From positions 76,621-110,258 of the forward strand of contig JBAZUR010000002.1 of assembly GCA_041661305.1 (NCBI GenBank): a stretch of DNA of 33,638 nucleotides, written 5' to 3'. Below, one piece after another: positions 8,429-17,915 of the stretch. A model generated the notes under the pieces. The model did no database searches. It saw only the letters and a list, made by a program, of their open reading frames with translations, and was not told the origin of the DNA. Each line of letters opens with the position of its first letter. Position 1 is the first letter of the stretch. This DNA comes from Minisyncoccota bacterium (lineage in GTDB: Bacteria; Patescibacteriota; Minisyncoccia; Phycocordibacterales; VMEP01). A program made the translations under genes and the position numbers.

Positions 8429-8878
8429 ATGCAAACTCATAACGTAAAAAGAAATACCAAGAATAGAAAGAACCCAGCTGTTGGGCGTGGTGGAAAGCGT
8501 GGAAAGACTTCTGGTCGTGGTACTAAGGGTCAGAAGGCGCGTGCAGGAAACAAGAGACGCCCACAGATGAGAGATACAATTAAGAAAATTCCAAAGCGTC
8601 GTGGATATGGTATGAACCGTGCTCGCACAGTTAACTCCTCGGTTGTTCCAGCAGCTGTTGTGAATATTGATCTTCTTGAAAAGAGATTCCAGGCTGGTTC
8701 AGTAATAACTCCAGAAGTTCTTGTAGAAAATAAGCTTATCAGACGAGTTTCAGGAAAATTCCCTCCAGTTAAGATTTTAGCTAGAGGAACACTCACAAAG
8801 AATTTTTCTTTCAAGGGTTGTTTAGTTTCAGCAAAAGCCAAAGAAATAATCGAAACAGTCGGGGGAACAGTAGCCTAA
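8429..8878 (+). CDS. rplO: 50S ribosomal protein L15
   Basis: GRGGKRGKTSGRGTKGQKARAG motif; precedes secY. Confidence 0.97.
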   Translation: MQTHNVKRNTKNRKNPAVGRGGKRGKTSGRGTKGQKARAGNKRRPQMRDTIKKIPKRRGYGMNRARTVNSSVVPAAVVNIDLLEKRFQAGSVITPEVLVENKLIRRVSGKFPPVKILARGTLTKNFSFKGCLVSAKAKEIIETVGGTVA

Positions 8879-8888
8879 TAAAAATTTC

Positions 8889-10160
8889 ATGGACGCATTC
8901 ATAAACAAGCTCAAAATCATAATCGGCGACAGGGCTCTTTTAAAGCGCATCCTTTTTGTTGTTTTTATGTTGTTTGTTTTCCGTGTCTTGGCAGCTATTC
9001 CAATTCCTGGTGTTGACCCACTTCGTCTTGCTCAGTTTTTTGATCAGAGTCAGTTTCTAGGATTGCTTAATATTTTTTCTGGAGGTGGTTTAGCTACTTT
9101 ATCGATTGTTATGCTTGGTGTTGGACCGTACATCACAGCGTCAATCATCATGCAGCTTTTGACAATAATGGTGCCAAGTTTAAAGCAGATGTACCACGAA
9201 GAAGGTGATTTGGGGCGCCGTAAGTTTACACAATACTCACGACTCATAACTCTCCCTCTCGCACTTATCCAAGGTTTTAGCTTGCTCGTTTTGCTTGAAA
9301 GACAGGGAATAGTTGAACATCTTACAATCTTTAGTCAGATGACTAATCTCATTGTTATCACCGCCGGTACAGTCTTATTGATGTGGCTCGGTGAACTTAT
9401 TTCTCAGTACGGTATTGGTAACGGAGTTTCATTGATTATTTTTGCCGGTATTGTTTCTAGTATACCTTCAAGTATTAGCCAAATATTATTCACCTTTGAT
9501 GTTTCTCAGATTCCTCTATATCTAGCCTTTTTGTTCGCAGGACTTTTGATAGTTGCTGGTGTTGTCTTTGTGACAGAAGCAGAGCGCCCACTTCCAGTAA
9601 CGTACGCAAAGCGTGTTCGTGGAGCAAAAATGTTTGGTGGAGTTTCAACATATTTGCCTTTGCGAATAAACCAAGCTGGTGTTATTCCAATAATTTTCGC
9701 CCTATCAATTCTTCTTTTCCCTCAGATGATTGGTGCGTTTTTGGCAACATTCAGTAACGGGATAGTTCAGAAAATTTCTTCAATTTTACTTTCGTTTTCT
9801 CAGAACAGCTGGCTTTACGGAATCTTCTACTTCGTTTTTGTTTTTCTTTTCACTTACTTTTATACAGCGGTTACTTTCGACCCAGATTCAATTGCAACCA
9901 ATTTGCAAAAGAACGGAGCATTTATTCCTGGTGTTCGCCCTGGTCAATCAACGTCTGAGTATATTGCAAAGATTCTAAATCGAATCACCCTTTTTGGTGC
10001 ACTTTTCCTTGGCGCTATCGCTGTTTTGCCACTTATAATGCAAGGTCTTACTGGTATCACGACACTCGCAATCGGTGGTACTGCACTCCTTATTGTTGTT
10101 TCTGTTGTTCTTGATTTGGTTAAAAAAATCGACGCTCAGGTTTCAATGAGAGAGTACTAA
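8889..10160 (+). CDS. secY: Preprotein translocase subunit SecY
   Basis: IPIPG, LGVGPYITASIIMQLL, GIGNGVSLIIFAGI, NQAGVIPIIFA, FIPGVRPG, GGTALLIVV motifs. Confidence 0.99.
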   Translation: MDAFINKLKIIIGDRALLKRILFVVFMLFVFRVLAAIPIPGVDPLRLAQFFDQSQFLGLLNIFSGGGLATLSIVMLGVGPYITASIIMQLLTIMVPSLKQMYHEEGDLGRRKFTQYSRLITLPLALIQGFSLLVLLERQGIVEHLTIFSQMTNLIVITAGTVLLMWLGELISQYGIGNGVSLIIFAGIVSSIPSSISQILFTFDVSQIPLYLAFLFAGLLIVAGVVFVTEAERPLPVTYAKRVRGAKMFGGVSTYLPLRINQAGVIPIIFALSILLFPQMIGAFLATFSNGIVQKISSILLSFSQNSWLYGIFYFVFVFLFTYFYTAVTFDPDSIATNLQKNGAFIPGVRPGQSTSEYIAKILNRITLFGALFLGAIAVLPLIMQGLTGITTLAIGGTALLIVVSVVLDLVKKIDAQVSMREY

Positions 10161-10310
10161 GAAGGTAGCAAGTAGCTTTTAGGCGACTAGCTTCATTAGA
10201 TAAGAAGATAAGAGAAATTAAGACTATTTGCTGATTAATCTAATCCAGCTATCTTGCTACTTAATATTTTGATAGGATTTACAAAGCTAATAACTAATAC
10301 GCTAACTAAA

Positions 10311-10910
10311 ATGGATTTACAAACTTTTATATTTATCGGCCGCTCTGGATGTGGCAAAGGAACCCAAGTTGAGTTGTTGAAAAAATATGTGGAGGAACAT
10401 GATTCTGAAAAGAGACCGAGTTATTATCTTGAAACAGGCGCGCGCTTTAGAGACTTTCTTTCCAAGGATGGATACTCAAATGTTTTGGCTAGGGAAATTG
10501 CCGAGAAAGCTGAATTACAACCATCTTTTTTGGCTGTTTGGATGTGGGCAAATAATTTTTTGGAGAATATAAAAGGAGGCGAACATATTTTTATTGATGG
10601 CACACCAAGAACGTTACCTGAGACATATATCTTGGAGACGGCGTTAAATTTCTACAATCGTGGGAGGGCCAAGGTAATCTACCTTAATGTTTCTCGTGAG
10701 GAATCAGAAAAAAGACTTGCTCTTCGAGGAAGAAATGATGATAAAAAAATTGGTGACATCGAGAAAAGACTTAATTGGTTTGATAGCGATGTTGTTCCTG
10801 CTGTTATGTATTTGAGTCAGAGCAAAAATCATGATTTTTTTGACATAGATGCTGAACAGTCAGTGGAAGATGTTTACAAGGAGATTATTGCAAAAATTTT
10901 TAATGTCTAA
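10311..10910 (+). CDS. adk: Adenylate/nucleoside monophosphate kinase, short-LID type
   Basis: P-loop GRSGCGKGTQ, DGTPR, short LID RGRNDD; position after secY; ATG 10311 preferred over the upstream TTG. Confidence 0.85.
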   Translation: MDLQTFIFIGRSGCGKGTQVELLKKYVEEHDSEKRPSYYLETGARFRDFLSKDGYSNVLAREIAEKAELQPSFLAVWMWANNFLENIKGGEHIFIDGTPRTLPETYILETALNFYNRGRAKVIYLNVSREESEKRLALRGRNDDKKIGDIEKRLNWFDSDVVPAVMYLSQSKNHDFFDIDAEQSVEDVYKEIIAKIFNV

Positions 10911-11009
10911 TTTTTAATTTTTAAATAATTTCCTAATGTTTTAATTTAAAAATTGACTCATTGATACATTATTTTAAAATTTGAAATTAAAAACTGTAAA
11001 TTACTTTTC

Positions 11010-11783
11010 ATGGCAACGATAATAACAACCGAAGAAGAGAAAGACATTGTTCGCGAAGGAGGGAAACGCCTCGGGCTAATTCTTCAGGTATTGGCTTCTT
11101 CTGCAAAAGCCGGAGTTACGACAAAAGAACTGGATCAAATTGCTTACAAACTAATTACAAAAGAAGGGGATAAGCCAGCTTTTTTGAACTACACACCAGA
11201 TGGTTCTGATAGACCATATCCCGCAACACTATGCATCTCGGTTAATAGTGAGGTTGTTCACGGGATTCCTGGAAGCCGTGTTTTAAGAGATGGAGATATC
11301 GTTGGGCTTGATTTAGGTCTCTCTCACAAAGGACTTTATGTCGATAGTGCGGTAACTGTCGCTGTTGGGGAGATTGATGATGTGTCAAAAAGACTTATTG
11401 AGACGACAAGAGAAGCCCTCGTACGAGGGATGAATGTTGTGAAGGCGGGAGCAAGAATTGGCGATATTGGTGAAGTTATCGAAAGATACGTAAAAACTGA
11501 AGGTTTCGCCATTGTTAAAATTTTGGGTGGACACGCGCTTGGTGTGCATCCACATGAAGAACCTTACATTCCAAACTATGGCAAACGTGGGACTGGGCCA
11601 CTGCTTAAAGAGGGAATGCTTATTGCGCTTGAGCCGATTGTAAATGAGGGCTCACCAAAGGTAACTTTAGACGAAAAAGACGGATACACTTTTCATACCG
11701 AAGACGGTAAGCGGTCGGCACATTTTGAACACACTTTGCTTATAACAAAAGACGGCGTAGAAATTGTGACTCTTGTGGATTAG
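11010..11783 (+). CDS. map: Methionine aminopeptidase type I
   Basis: CISVNSEVVHGIP, DLG...DSA, GH...HEEP, LEP, SAHFEHT metal-site motifs. Confidence 0.97.
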   Translation: MATIITTEEEKDIVREGGKRLGLILQVLASSAKAGVTTKELDQIAYKLITKEGDKPAFLNYTPDGSDRPYPATLCISVNSEVVHGIPGSRVLRDGDIVGLDLGLSHKGLYVDSAVTVAVGEIDDVSKRLIETTREALVRGMNVVKAGARIGDIGEVIERYVKTEGFAIVKILGGHALGVHPHEEPYIPNYGKRGTGPLLKEGMLIALEPIVNEGSPKVTLDEKDGYTFHTEDGKRSAHFEHTLLITKDGVEIVTLVD

Positions 11784-11847
11784 CATTAACCTATTTTTAG
11801 AGCTACAATAATCTAAAAGAAGTATTACTTTTTAGATTATTGTGTTT

Positions 11848-13008
11848 ATGGAAACTGTTGTTTATAAAAATAAAATAATAAGCGTTGCCTTGTTTTTAGG
11901 GACTCTTTTTATTATGCAGTTTTTGTTTCCAGCACAAACCGCAAATGTGGCGAGAGCAGGTGTTGGAGACGCGCTTTCGGGGTACGCATGGAGCGAAAAC
12001 ATCGGCTGGATTTCTTTTAATTGTACCAACGAAAATACGTGTGCAACGTCTAATTATGGAGTTAATGTTTTAGATGGTAATTTTTCGGGGTACGCATGGA
12101 GCGAAAACATCGGCTGGATTTCTTTTAATAGTGCTGATGTTTCAGGGTGTCCTTCCTCTCCATGTTCCCCAGTAATTAATCTTTCCACTGGTTTGGTTTC
12201 AGGATGGGCGAAGGCTCTCTCGGCGAGTGGTGGTTGGGACGGCTGGATAAAATTATCTGGAACAGCTACAAACGGTAGTCCTTATGGGGTATCTTTTTCC
12301 GGTACCTCAGCGTCTGGTTATTCGTGGGGGTCTGATGTTATTGGCTGGATTTCATGGAGTGGTAGTGGTTACGGCGTAACTAGTTTAGTTGATCCATTAA
12401 ACGAAGCGCCAACTACGACAATCACAAGTCCAGCGATTTCGATTACAATACCCGAAAATCAATCACAGCAATTTATTGGCACAGCCACTGATCCTAATGA
12501 CGGGGATACTATTTTGGCGTACGAATGGAGAATTGGTAATTGTAGTACTGGAGCCCCGGTTATCGGTAATGCTATTAATTTTGATTATGCTTTTGCTGAT
12601 GACGGTGTATACACTGTTTATTTTAGGGCACAAGATAATAAAGGGGCGTGGTCAACTGATTGTCCTTCAAGAATAATAACCGTTACTGTACGTGAACCAA
12701 TAAACGGAGTTTGTGGTTCGGCAAATGGAGTGCCAACCCAAAAAAAACCAACATCTAATCTTTGTAATACGGTCGGGTTGCCAGGACCCACAGTGCTACC
12801 AACAAATATTAATATTTTGCCAGAAGGCGGTACACCATCTTCATGGACATGGACTTGTGCTGGTGAATATAACGGTGCGAACGCCTCCTGTAGTTCAGTA
12901 AATGGTTCAACGGGAACTTCTTGTGGTGATGGAAAATGTCAGCCATCTAAAGGAGAAAGCCCAGCAACTTGTCGTGCTGATTGCAGAGTCAAGTTTATTG
13001 AGTTTTAA
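11848..13008 (+). CDS. Secreted/surface protein with GYAWSENIGWISF repeats, PKD/Ig-like domain and Cys-rich C-terminus
   Basis: Hydrophobic N-terminal signal segment; four SGYAW..GWI-type repeats; NEAP...F.GTATDP...Y.W...GVYTVYFRAQD PKD-like segment; INGVCGSANG and CGDGKC motifs typical of Parcubacteria surface proteins. Confidence 0.8.
   Translation: METVVYKNKIISVALFLGTLFIMQFLFPAQTANVARAGVGDALSGYAWSENIGWISFNCTNENTCATSNYGVNVLDGNFSGYAWSENIGWISFNSADVSGCPSSPCSPVINLSTGLVSGWAKALSASGGWDGWIKLSGTATNGSPYGVSFSGTSASGYSWGSDVIGWISWSGSGYGVTSLVDPLNEAPTTTITSPAISITIPENQSQQFIGTATDPNDGDTILAYEWRIGNCSTGAPVIGNAINFDYAFADDGVYTVYFRAQDNKGAWSTDCPSRIITVTVREPINGVCGSANGVPTQKKPTSNLCNTVGLPGPTVLPTNINILPEGGTPSSWTWTCAGEYNGANASCSSVNGSTGTSCGDGKCQPSKGESPATCRADCRVKFIEF
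11975..12129 (+). repeat. Exact 47-bp direct repeat (11975-12021 and 12083-12129)
   Basis: tttcggggtacgcatggagcgaaaacatcggctggatttcttttaat occurs twice, 108 bp apart, with no mismatch. Confidence 0.95.
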
Positions 13009-13067
13009 ATAGTGTTATATAATACAGAAAAAAGTAATTTTTAATTTTAATAGTAAAAAACATAAAT

Positions 13068-13631
13068 ATGGATCAGCAAAAAAATACAAATCTTCGTCAC
13101 GCAGAACAGTATTTAGGAGTATTGGTTTTAGGTTTTCTTCTTGGGGGAGGATTCTCGTTTACTTATTTCAACCAAGCAGGCAACAAGTCTTATCAAGAGG
13201 GTTTTGATGCAGCAAAAAAGGTTGTACTTGAAAGTAGGTTTGGCGGGGCCTTTGTTGTTCCAGACGAAATTAAGACCATTTCGGGAAAAGTTTTAGAAAT
13301 TAGCGAGAATCGCATTACAATTGAGACTCAATCGAATAACCCTTTTGATGTTGTTTCTAAACGAACTGTTTTTATAGATAACGACACTAGAATATACAGT
13401 CTTTCCCAAAAAGACCCTAAGGTCATGCAATCTGAGATGGATGAATTCATGAAAGCGGTACGAGAAGGGAAGAATTCGCCACCTCCTCAGCCGTACGCAA
13501 GTAGTAAAGCAAGTATAGAAGAAATAAAAATTGGTGACATTATTAATGTTACGGCGACAAATAACGTTAAGACACTGGCGGAGTTCACGGCAAGCGAGAT
13601 TCAAATCGAAGTAAAACCAATTACTCAGTAA
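13068..13631 (+). CDS. Membrane-anchored hypothetical protein, DUF5666/OB-fold-like
   Basis: Single N-terminal TM (LGVLVLGFLLGGGFSFTY); SGKVLEISENRITI...TRIY...IKIGDIINV beta pattern. Confidence 0.65.
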   Translation: MDQQKNTNLRHAEQYLGVLVLGFLLGGGFSFTYFNQAGNKSYQEGFDAAKKVVLESRFGGAFVVPDEIKTISGKVLEISENRITIETQSNNPFDVVSKRTVFIDNDTRIYSLSQKDPKVMQSEMDEFMKAVREGKNSPPPQPYASSKASIEEIKIGDIINVTATNNVKTLAEFTASEIQIEVKPITQ

Positions 13632-13648
13632 TCAAGAAGTGTAATAAC

Positions 13649-14416
13649 ATGTATAAAAAATTACTAAACGCCCTCATGTTTTCTTTTTTAGCTCTTGCTC
13701 TATCTTTCGGAGTTTCTTACGTCTCTGCGTGGACAGCGCCAACGCAATCTCCACCAAACGGAAATACACCACCGCCTATCAACACCAGCGCAACAACTCA
13801 AAACAAAGCAGGTAATTTCACTGCACCAAATCTCATCGATATTAGCTCCACAGCCCAATCAAAATCTGGAGTATTAAGTGTTGGAGGGCTCACATTACCA
13901 GCCGGAGGAATTATTGATTCAGGTGGTTCCACTGGAGATTATGGAGCAGCTACGATTAGGGGGACAAAAAATGGTTGGGGCGGAGCTAATTTTAGGGATT
14001 CGTCGAATAATAATTTGGGCACATTAATGATGCATTCTAGTTATTCTGGATTCTATAATGCTTCTCAAAATAATTGGAGGTGGTATGCGACCGAAGGTGG
14101 TAACACCTATCAACCAGGATATGTGCAGGCTAGTGATGTATATGCTGGCCGTATGTTTGCTAGTAATTATGTGCAGGCTGGTTATGTGTATGCTAGCGAT
14201 GTATATGCTGGTGGGAGGTGGATGAGCAATATAGTTAGCGATACTGGTCCAGATTCAGGAACTTTATGTGGTTGGTATAGCGATGCAAGTGCTGCGTATG
14301 GATATCCGAATTCAACATGTAAAGGTTATTCCCCGGTCAGCGGTTGTCCTCCTGGGTACACGAGACAATCTGCTTTAACTCACAGTTGGTGGAACTATTA
14401 CTGTACAAAAGATTAG
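13649..14416 (+). CDS. Secreted pilus-tip/fibre-like protein
   Basis: Signal segment, AWTAPTQSPPNGNTPPPINTS motif, YVQASDVYAG pentapeptide repeats, Cys-bridged C-terminal CGW...CKG..P..GCPPGY...YCTK domain resembling shufflon PilV tips. Confidence 0.65.
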   Translation: MYKKLLNALMFSFLALALSFGVSYVSAWTAPTQSPPNGNTPPPINTSATTQNKAGNFTAPNLIDISSTAQSKSGVLSVGGLTLPAGGIIDSGGSTGDYGAATIRGTKNGWGGANFRDSSNNNLGTLMMHSSYSGFYNASQNNWRWYATEGGNTYQPGYVQASDVYAGRMFASNYVQAGYVYASDVYAGGRWMSNIVSDTGPDSGTLCGWYSDASAAYGYPNSTCKGYSPVSGCPPGYTRQSALTHSWWNYYCTKD

Positions 14417-14482
14417 AGTAAAAAATTATTTTTTACTCTAATATCTTTCAACTTTTCTTTATACGCGGTATCATAAACCGTA

Positions 14483-17230
14483 ATGGTTTTAAACTTTAAA
14501 GCTGAAGGGCATGAAAAATTCACGACTCCTCAAGAGGAAATTGATTTTTTGCGTGAGCGTTTAGCACACCGAGAGCAAACTGCATCAAGAGAGAAAGAGG
14601 CACCAACAAGAGACATCCCAAAAGAAATAATTAAAGAATATTCCGAAAAACCGGTCGCCGAAGTTCTGCATCCAGAGAAAGTTATGCCAGAACAAGAAGT
14701 TGATCGCATTGTTCTAGAGCTAAAGCCAGAACAACACGATAAACAAATGGAGGAGCTTCTCGGTATCCTTATCGATAAAGGAGCCAGAAATGCTATTTCT
14801 GTCGTGGAGAAGATGGACAACCCTCACCTCACGGATGATTTTCACAGAATACTCGTTCAGTATGTTAAAAGTGCTGGAAAAATTTCAGATTTAGAAAAAG
14901 ATAAACAAGTCTGGAAGGCTATTCATATGCGTCTTTATGAAATTATCCTTCCAGAAGCAACCGGCGAGAACCAAACAAGAGGATTTAAGGAGCTCGTGAC
15001 GACAATGGAACAGTTTTACGCTGGAATGCTCTCTGTTTCAGACGGCCGTGACAATTTTCCTGGTAGAAATTATTTTACACTTGAGATTGCTTTATCAAAT
15101 TGGAGTAGCGAGATAGTTTTTTATGCTTCGGTTTCAGAAGACAAGAGCGAACTTTTAGAAAAACAGTTACTTGGACTATACCCAGAGGCTCGTATTAGAG
15201 AGGTAAAGGACGATTACAATATTTTTAATGAAAATGGCGCTTCTGTTGGGGCGTATGGTGCATTTACAAAAAGTCAGGTCTTCCCAATAAAAACATATGC
15301 AGAATTTGATCACGACCCACTACCAGTTATCCTTAATGTTTTTTCAAAACTTAAAAAGGAGGGGGAAGGTGCAGCGATTCAGTTTTCTATCTCCCCTGTT
15401 GGCGACTACTTTCTAAAAAAATATGGCGGAGTGCTTGATCAATTAAAGCGGGGAATGTCGGCAAAAGACGCGACAGATGTTCCGTATACGGTCGGACAAG
15501 AAGTCGGCAAGTTTGCAAAAGAGCTTTTTATGGGAGTTCCGTCTCCTAAAAAAATTGACGGTAAAGACGTTATTGACGATGAAGCAATAAAACATGTTAC
15601 AGAAAAAATAAGTAGTACGATTGTTAACACAAACATTAGAGTAATTGCCTCAGCTGAAACTACCGCACGAGCCGAAGAAATTTTGGGTGGTCTACAGTCC
15701 GCCTTCAATCAGTTCACAGATACACGTGGTAACGGAATAGAGTTTAAGCAATTAAAGCGTCATGATTTATTAAAACTTTTTCAAGAATTTTCTTATAGGC
15801 TTTTTTCCCAAGACTATCCATTGCCACTAAATTTAAAAGAGCTTACGACTATGTTTCATTTCCCCGAGGAAGTTTCTTCGGCTCCACAGTTGAAACAAGC
15901 CCGTTCGGCGACAGCGCCAGCTCCGCTTGATGCTCCAACCGAAGGAACACTTCTTGGTATAAACAAACACCGCGGAGAGGAGAGGAAAATTTTTGTTACT
16001 AGTGAAGATAGGATGCGCCACTTCTATGTTATTGGTCAAACTGGTACGGGTAAGACAGTAATCTTGAAGAATATGATTATTCAAGATATCAAGGCTGGAC
16101 ACGGTGTATGTATGATTGATCCGCACGGGACAGATATCGAAGATATTTTAGGAAGTATTCCTAGAGAGAGAGAAAAAGACGTTATTTATTTTGATCCAGC
16201 ACACACCGAGCGAGTGATGGGGCTTAATATGCTTGAATATGACCTTGAGAGACCGGAACAGAAGACCTTTGTAGTTAACGAGCTTATTTCTATTTTTAAC
16301 AAATTGTTTGATATGAAGGTGGCTGGTGGACCCGCCTTTGAACAATATTTTAGAAACTCAGCTCTTTTGGTGATGGAGCACCCAGAATCTGGTAATACAC
16401 TTCTTGATATCGTGCGTGTTCTAGCTGATAAATCTTTTAGAGATATGAAATTGTCGTACTGTAACAATCCAGTAGTCACGCAGTTTTGGGCCAATGCAAT
16501 TAAGACTAGTGGGGAACAATCGCTTGCAAACTTTGTTCCGTATATTTCAAGTAAGTTTGACCCATTTTTATCGAACGATATTATGCGTCCGGTTATCGCT
16601 CAAGAAAAATCATCTTTTAATTTCAGACAGATAATGGATGAGCGAAAAATCCTTTTAGTTAACCTGTCAAAAGGAAGACTAGGGGATTTGAATGCGCACC
16701 TGATTGGCCTTATTTTAGTCGGGAAAATCCTTATCGCAGCTCTTTCTCGTGTGGATGCTCTCGGAGAAAAATTAGCCGATTTTTATCTATATGTGGACGA
16801 GTTCCAGAATATTACTACTGATTCTATTTCCACAATTCTTTCTGAGGCGAGAAAATATAGACTATCTCTTAATCTTGCCCACCAGTTCATTGGACAGCTT
16901 GATGAAAAAACAAAAAACGCTGTTTTTGGAAACGTTGGTTCAATGGCACTGTTCCGTGTCGGTAGTGAAGATGCAGAATTTTTAGAGAAACAACTTTCAC
17001 CAATTTTTTCCGCGCGAGATCTAATGAACCTAGACAATTACAACGCATATATGAAGATGTTGATGAAGGGGCAACCGGCAAGAGCCTTTAATATTGAAAC
17101 AATTGCGCCAAGAGCGGGGGACTCATTTGCTGCGGCGAGAATCAAAGAAGCCTCGTATCAAAAATTTGGCGCTCCTCGTGCAGAAGTAGAGGATCATATT
17201 GTTCAAAAGTATCGTCAAACGGGAATCTAG
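14483..17230 (+). CDS. VirD4/TraG/VirB4-like P-loop ATPase (HerA/FtsK superfamily, DUF87-like)
   Basis: RMRHFYVIGQTGTGKT Walker A, YLYVDEFQN Walker B, EARKYRLSLNLAHQ motif; no obvious TM anchor. Confidence 0.88.
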   Translation: MVLNFKAEGHEKFTTPQEEIDFLRERLAHREQTASREKEAPTRDIPKEIIKEYSEKPVAEVLHPEKVMPEQEVDRIVLELKPEQHDKQMEELLGILIDKGARNAISVVEKMDNPHLTDDFHRILVQYVKSAGKISDLEKDKQVWKAIHMRLYEIILPEATGENQTRGFKELVTTMEQFYAGMLSVSDGRDNFPGRNYFTLEIALSNWSSEIVFYASVSEDKSELLEKQLLGLYPEARIREVKDDYNIFNENGASVGAYGAFTKSQVFPIKTYAEFDHDPLPVILNVFSKLKKEGEGAAIQFSISPVGDYFLKKYGGVLDQLKRGMSAKDATDVPYTVGQEVGKFAKELFMGVPSPKKIDGKDVIDDEAIKHVTEKISSTIVNTNIRVIASAETTARAEEILGGLQSAFNQFTDTRGNGIEFKQLKRHDLLKLFQEFSYRLFSQDYPLPLNLKELTTMFHFPEEVSSAPQLKQARSATAPAPLDAPTEGTLLGINKHRGEERKIFVTSEDRMRHFYVIGQTGTGKTVILKNMIIQDIKAGHGVCMIDPHGTDIEDILGSIPREREKDVIYFDPAHTERVMGLNMLEYDLERPEQKTFVVNELISIFNKLFDMKVAGGPAFEQYFRNSALLVMEHPESGNTLLDIVRVLADKSFRDMKLSYCNNPVVTQFWANAIKTSGEQSLANFVPYISSKFDPFLSNDIMRPVIAQEKSSFNFRQIMDERKILLVNLSKGRLGDLNAHLIGLILVGKILIAALSRVDALGEKLADFYLYVDEFQNITTDSISTILSEARKYRLSLNLAHQFIGQLDEKTKNAVFGNVGSMALFRVGSEDAEFLEKQLSPIFSARDLMNLDNYNAYMKMLMKGQPARAFNIETIAPRAGDSFAAARIKEASYQKFGAPRAEVEDHIVQKYRQTGI

Positions 17231-17299
17231 CTGGAGTTGCGGGATGTGGTTGTTTTTTGTTAGGATAAGCCATTAAACGCTTAATTTAACCCACAATTT

Positions 17300-17776
17300 A
17301 TGGCGCACGAGAAAAAAGAAACATCACTTATTATTTTTAAACCAGACACTCTTCAGCGTGGACTTCTTGGTGAAATGATTCACCGCTTTGAAAGAAAGGG
17401 GTTGAAGATTGTTGGTCTTAAGATGATTCAACTAGAAGATGCGATTCTTGAAGAGCACTACTCACATATAAAAGAAAAACCATTTTTTGGTGGAATAAAA
17501 AAATACATGAAGGCAACTCCAGTTGTTGTTTTGGCAATAACAGGAATTAACGCGATTACAGCTATTCGTACTGTTGTCGGACCGACAAAAGGACACGAAG
17601 CTCCAGCTGGAACTATTCGTGGAGATTTTTCAATGAGTGGTCAGTCTAATATTGTTCATGCGTCAGATTCTAAAGAATCAGCAGAAGCAGAGCTAAAAAG
17701 ATTTTTCAAAGAAGGAGAATTGTTTGATTACGAACGTCCAAATTTCCCTTTTATCTACGCAGACGAAGCTTTCTAG
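17300..17776 (+). CDS. ndk: Nucleoside diphosphate kinase
   Basis: IFKPD, FERKGLKIVGLK, GTIRGDF, NIVHASDS catalytic His motif. Confidence 0.97.
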   Translation: MAHEKKETSLIIFKPDTLQRGLLGEMIHRFERKGLKIVGLKMIQLEDAILEEHYSHIKEKPFFGGIKKYMKATPVVVLAITGINAITAIRTVVGPTKGHEAPAGTIRGDFSMSGQSNIVHASDSKESAEAELKRFFKEGELFDYERPNFPFIYADEAF

Positions 17777-17881
17777 TGTTTTTGTTTTTTAAAACAAAAA
17801 TAAAAAAGCCAATTAGCCACATAAAATCAATCTATTTTGCGAATGACGATATTCGAAAATAATTTTTTAATGGGGTCAATA

Positions 17882-17909
17882 TTGCAAACATATTTTCTGG
17901 TGATACGCT
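17882..17909 (+). promoter_or_regulatory. Putative promoter of the 6S-like RNA
   Basis: TTGCAA-16nt-TACGCT with extended -10 TGa; places +1 near 17916. Confidence 0.6.
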
Positions 17910-17915
17910 TTAAGC

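Noticed and set aside
11975-12129. Possible DGR template/variable repeat pair
   Set aside because: Copies are identical with no adenine-specific differences, both lie in one reading frame, and no reverse transcriptase is present
14483-17230. Integrative conjugative element around the VirD4-like ATPase
   Set aside because: No relaxase, integrase, other VirB genes or att repeats; flanked by housekeeping genes
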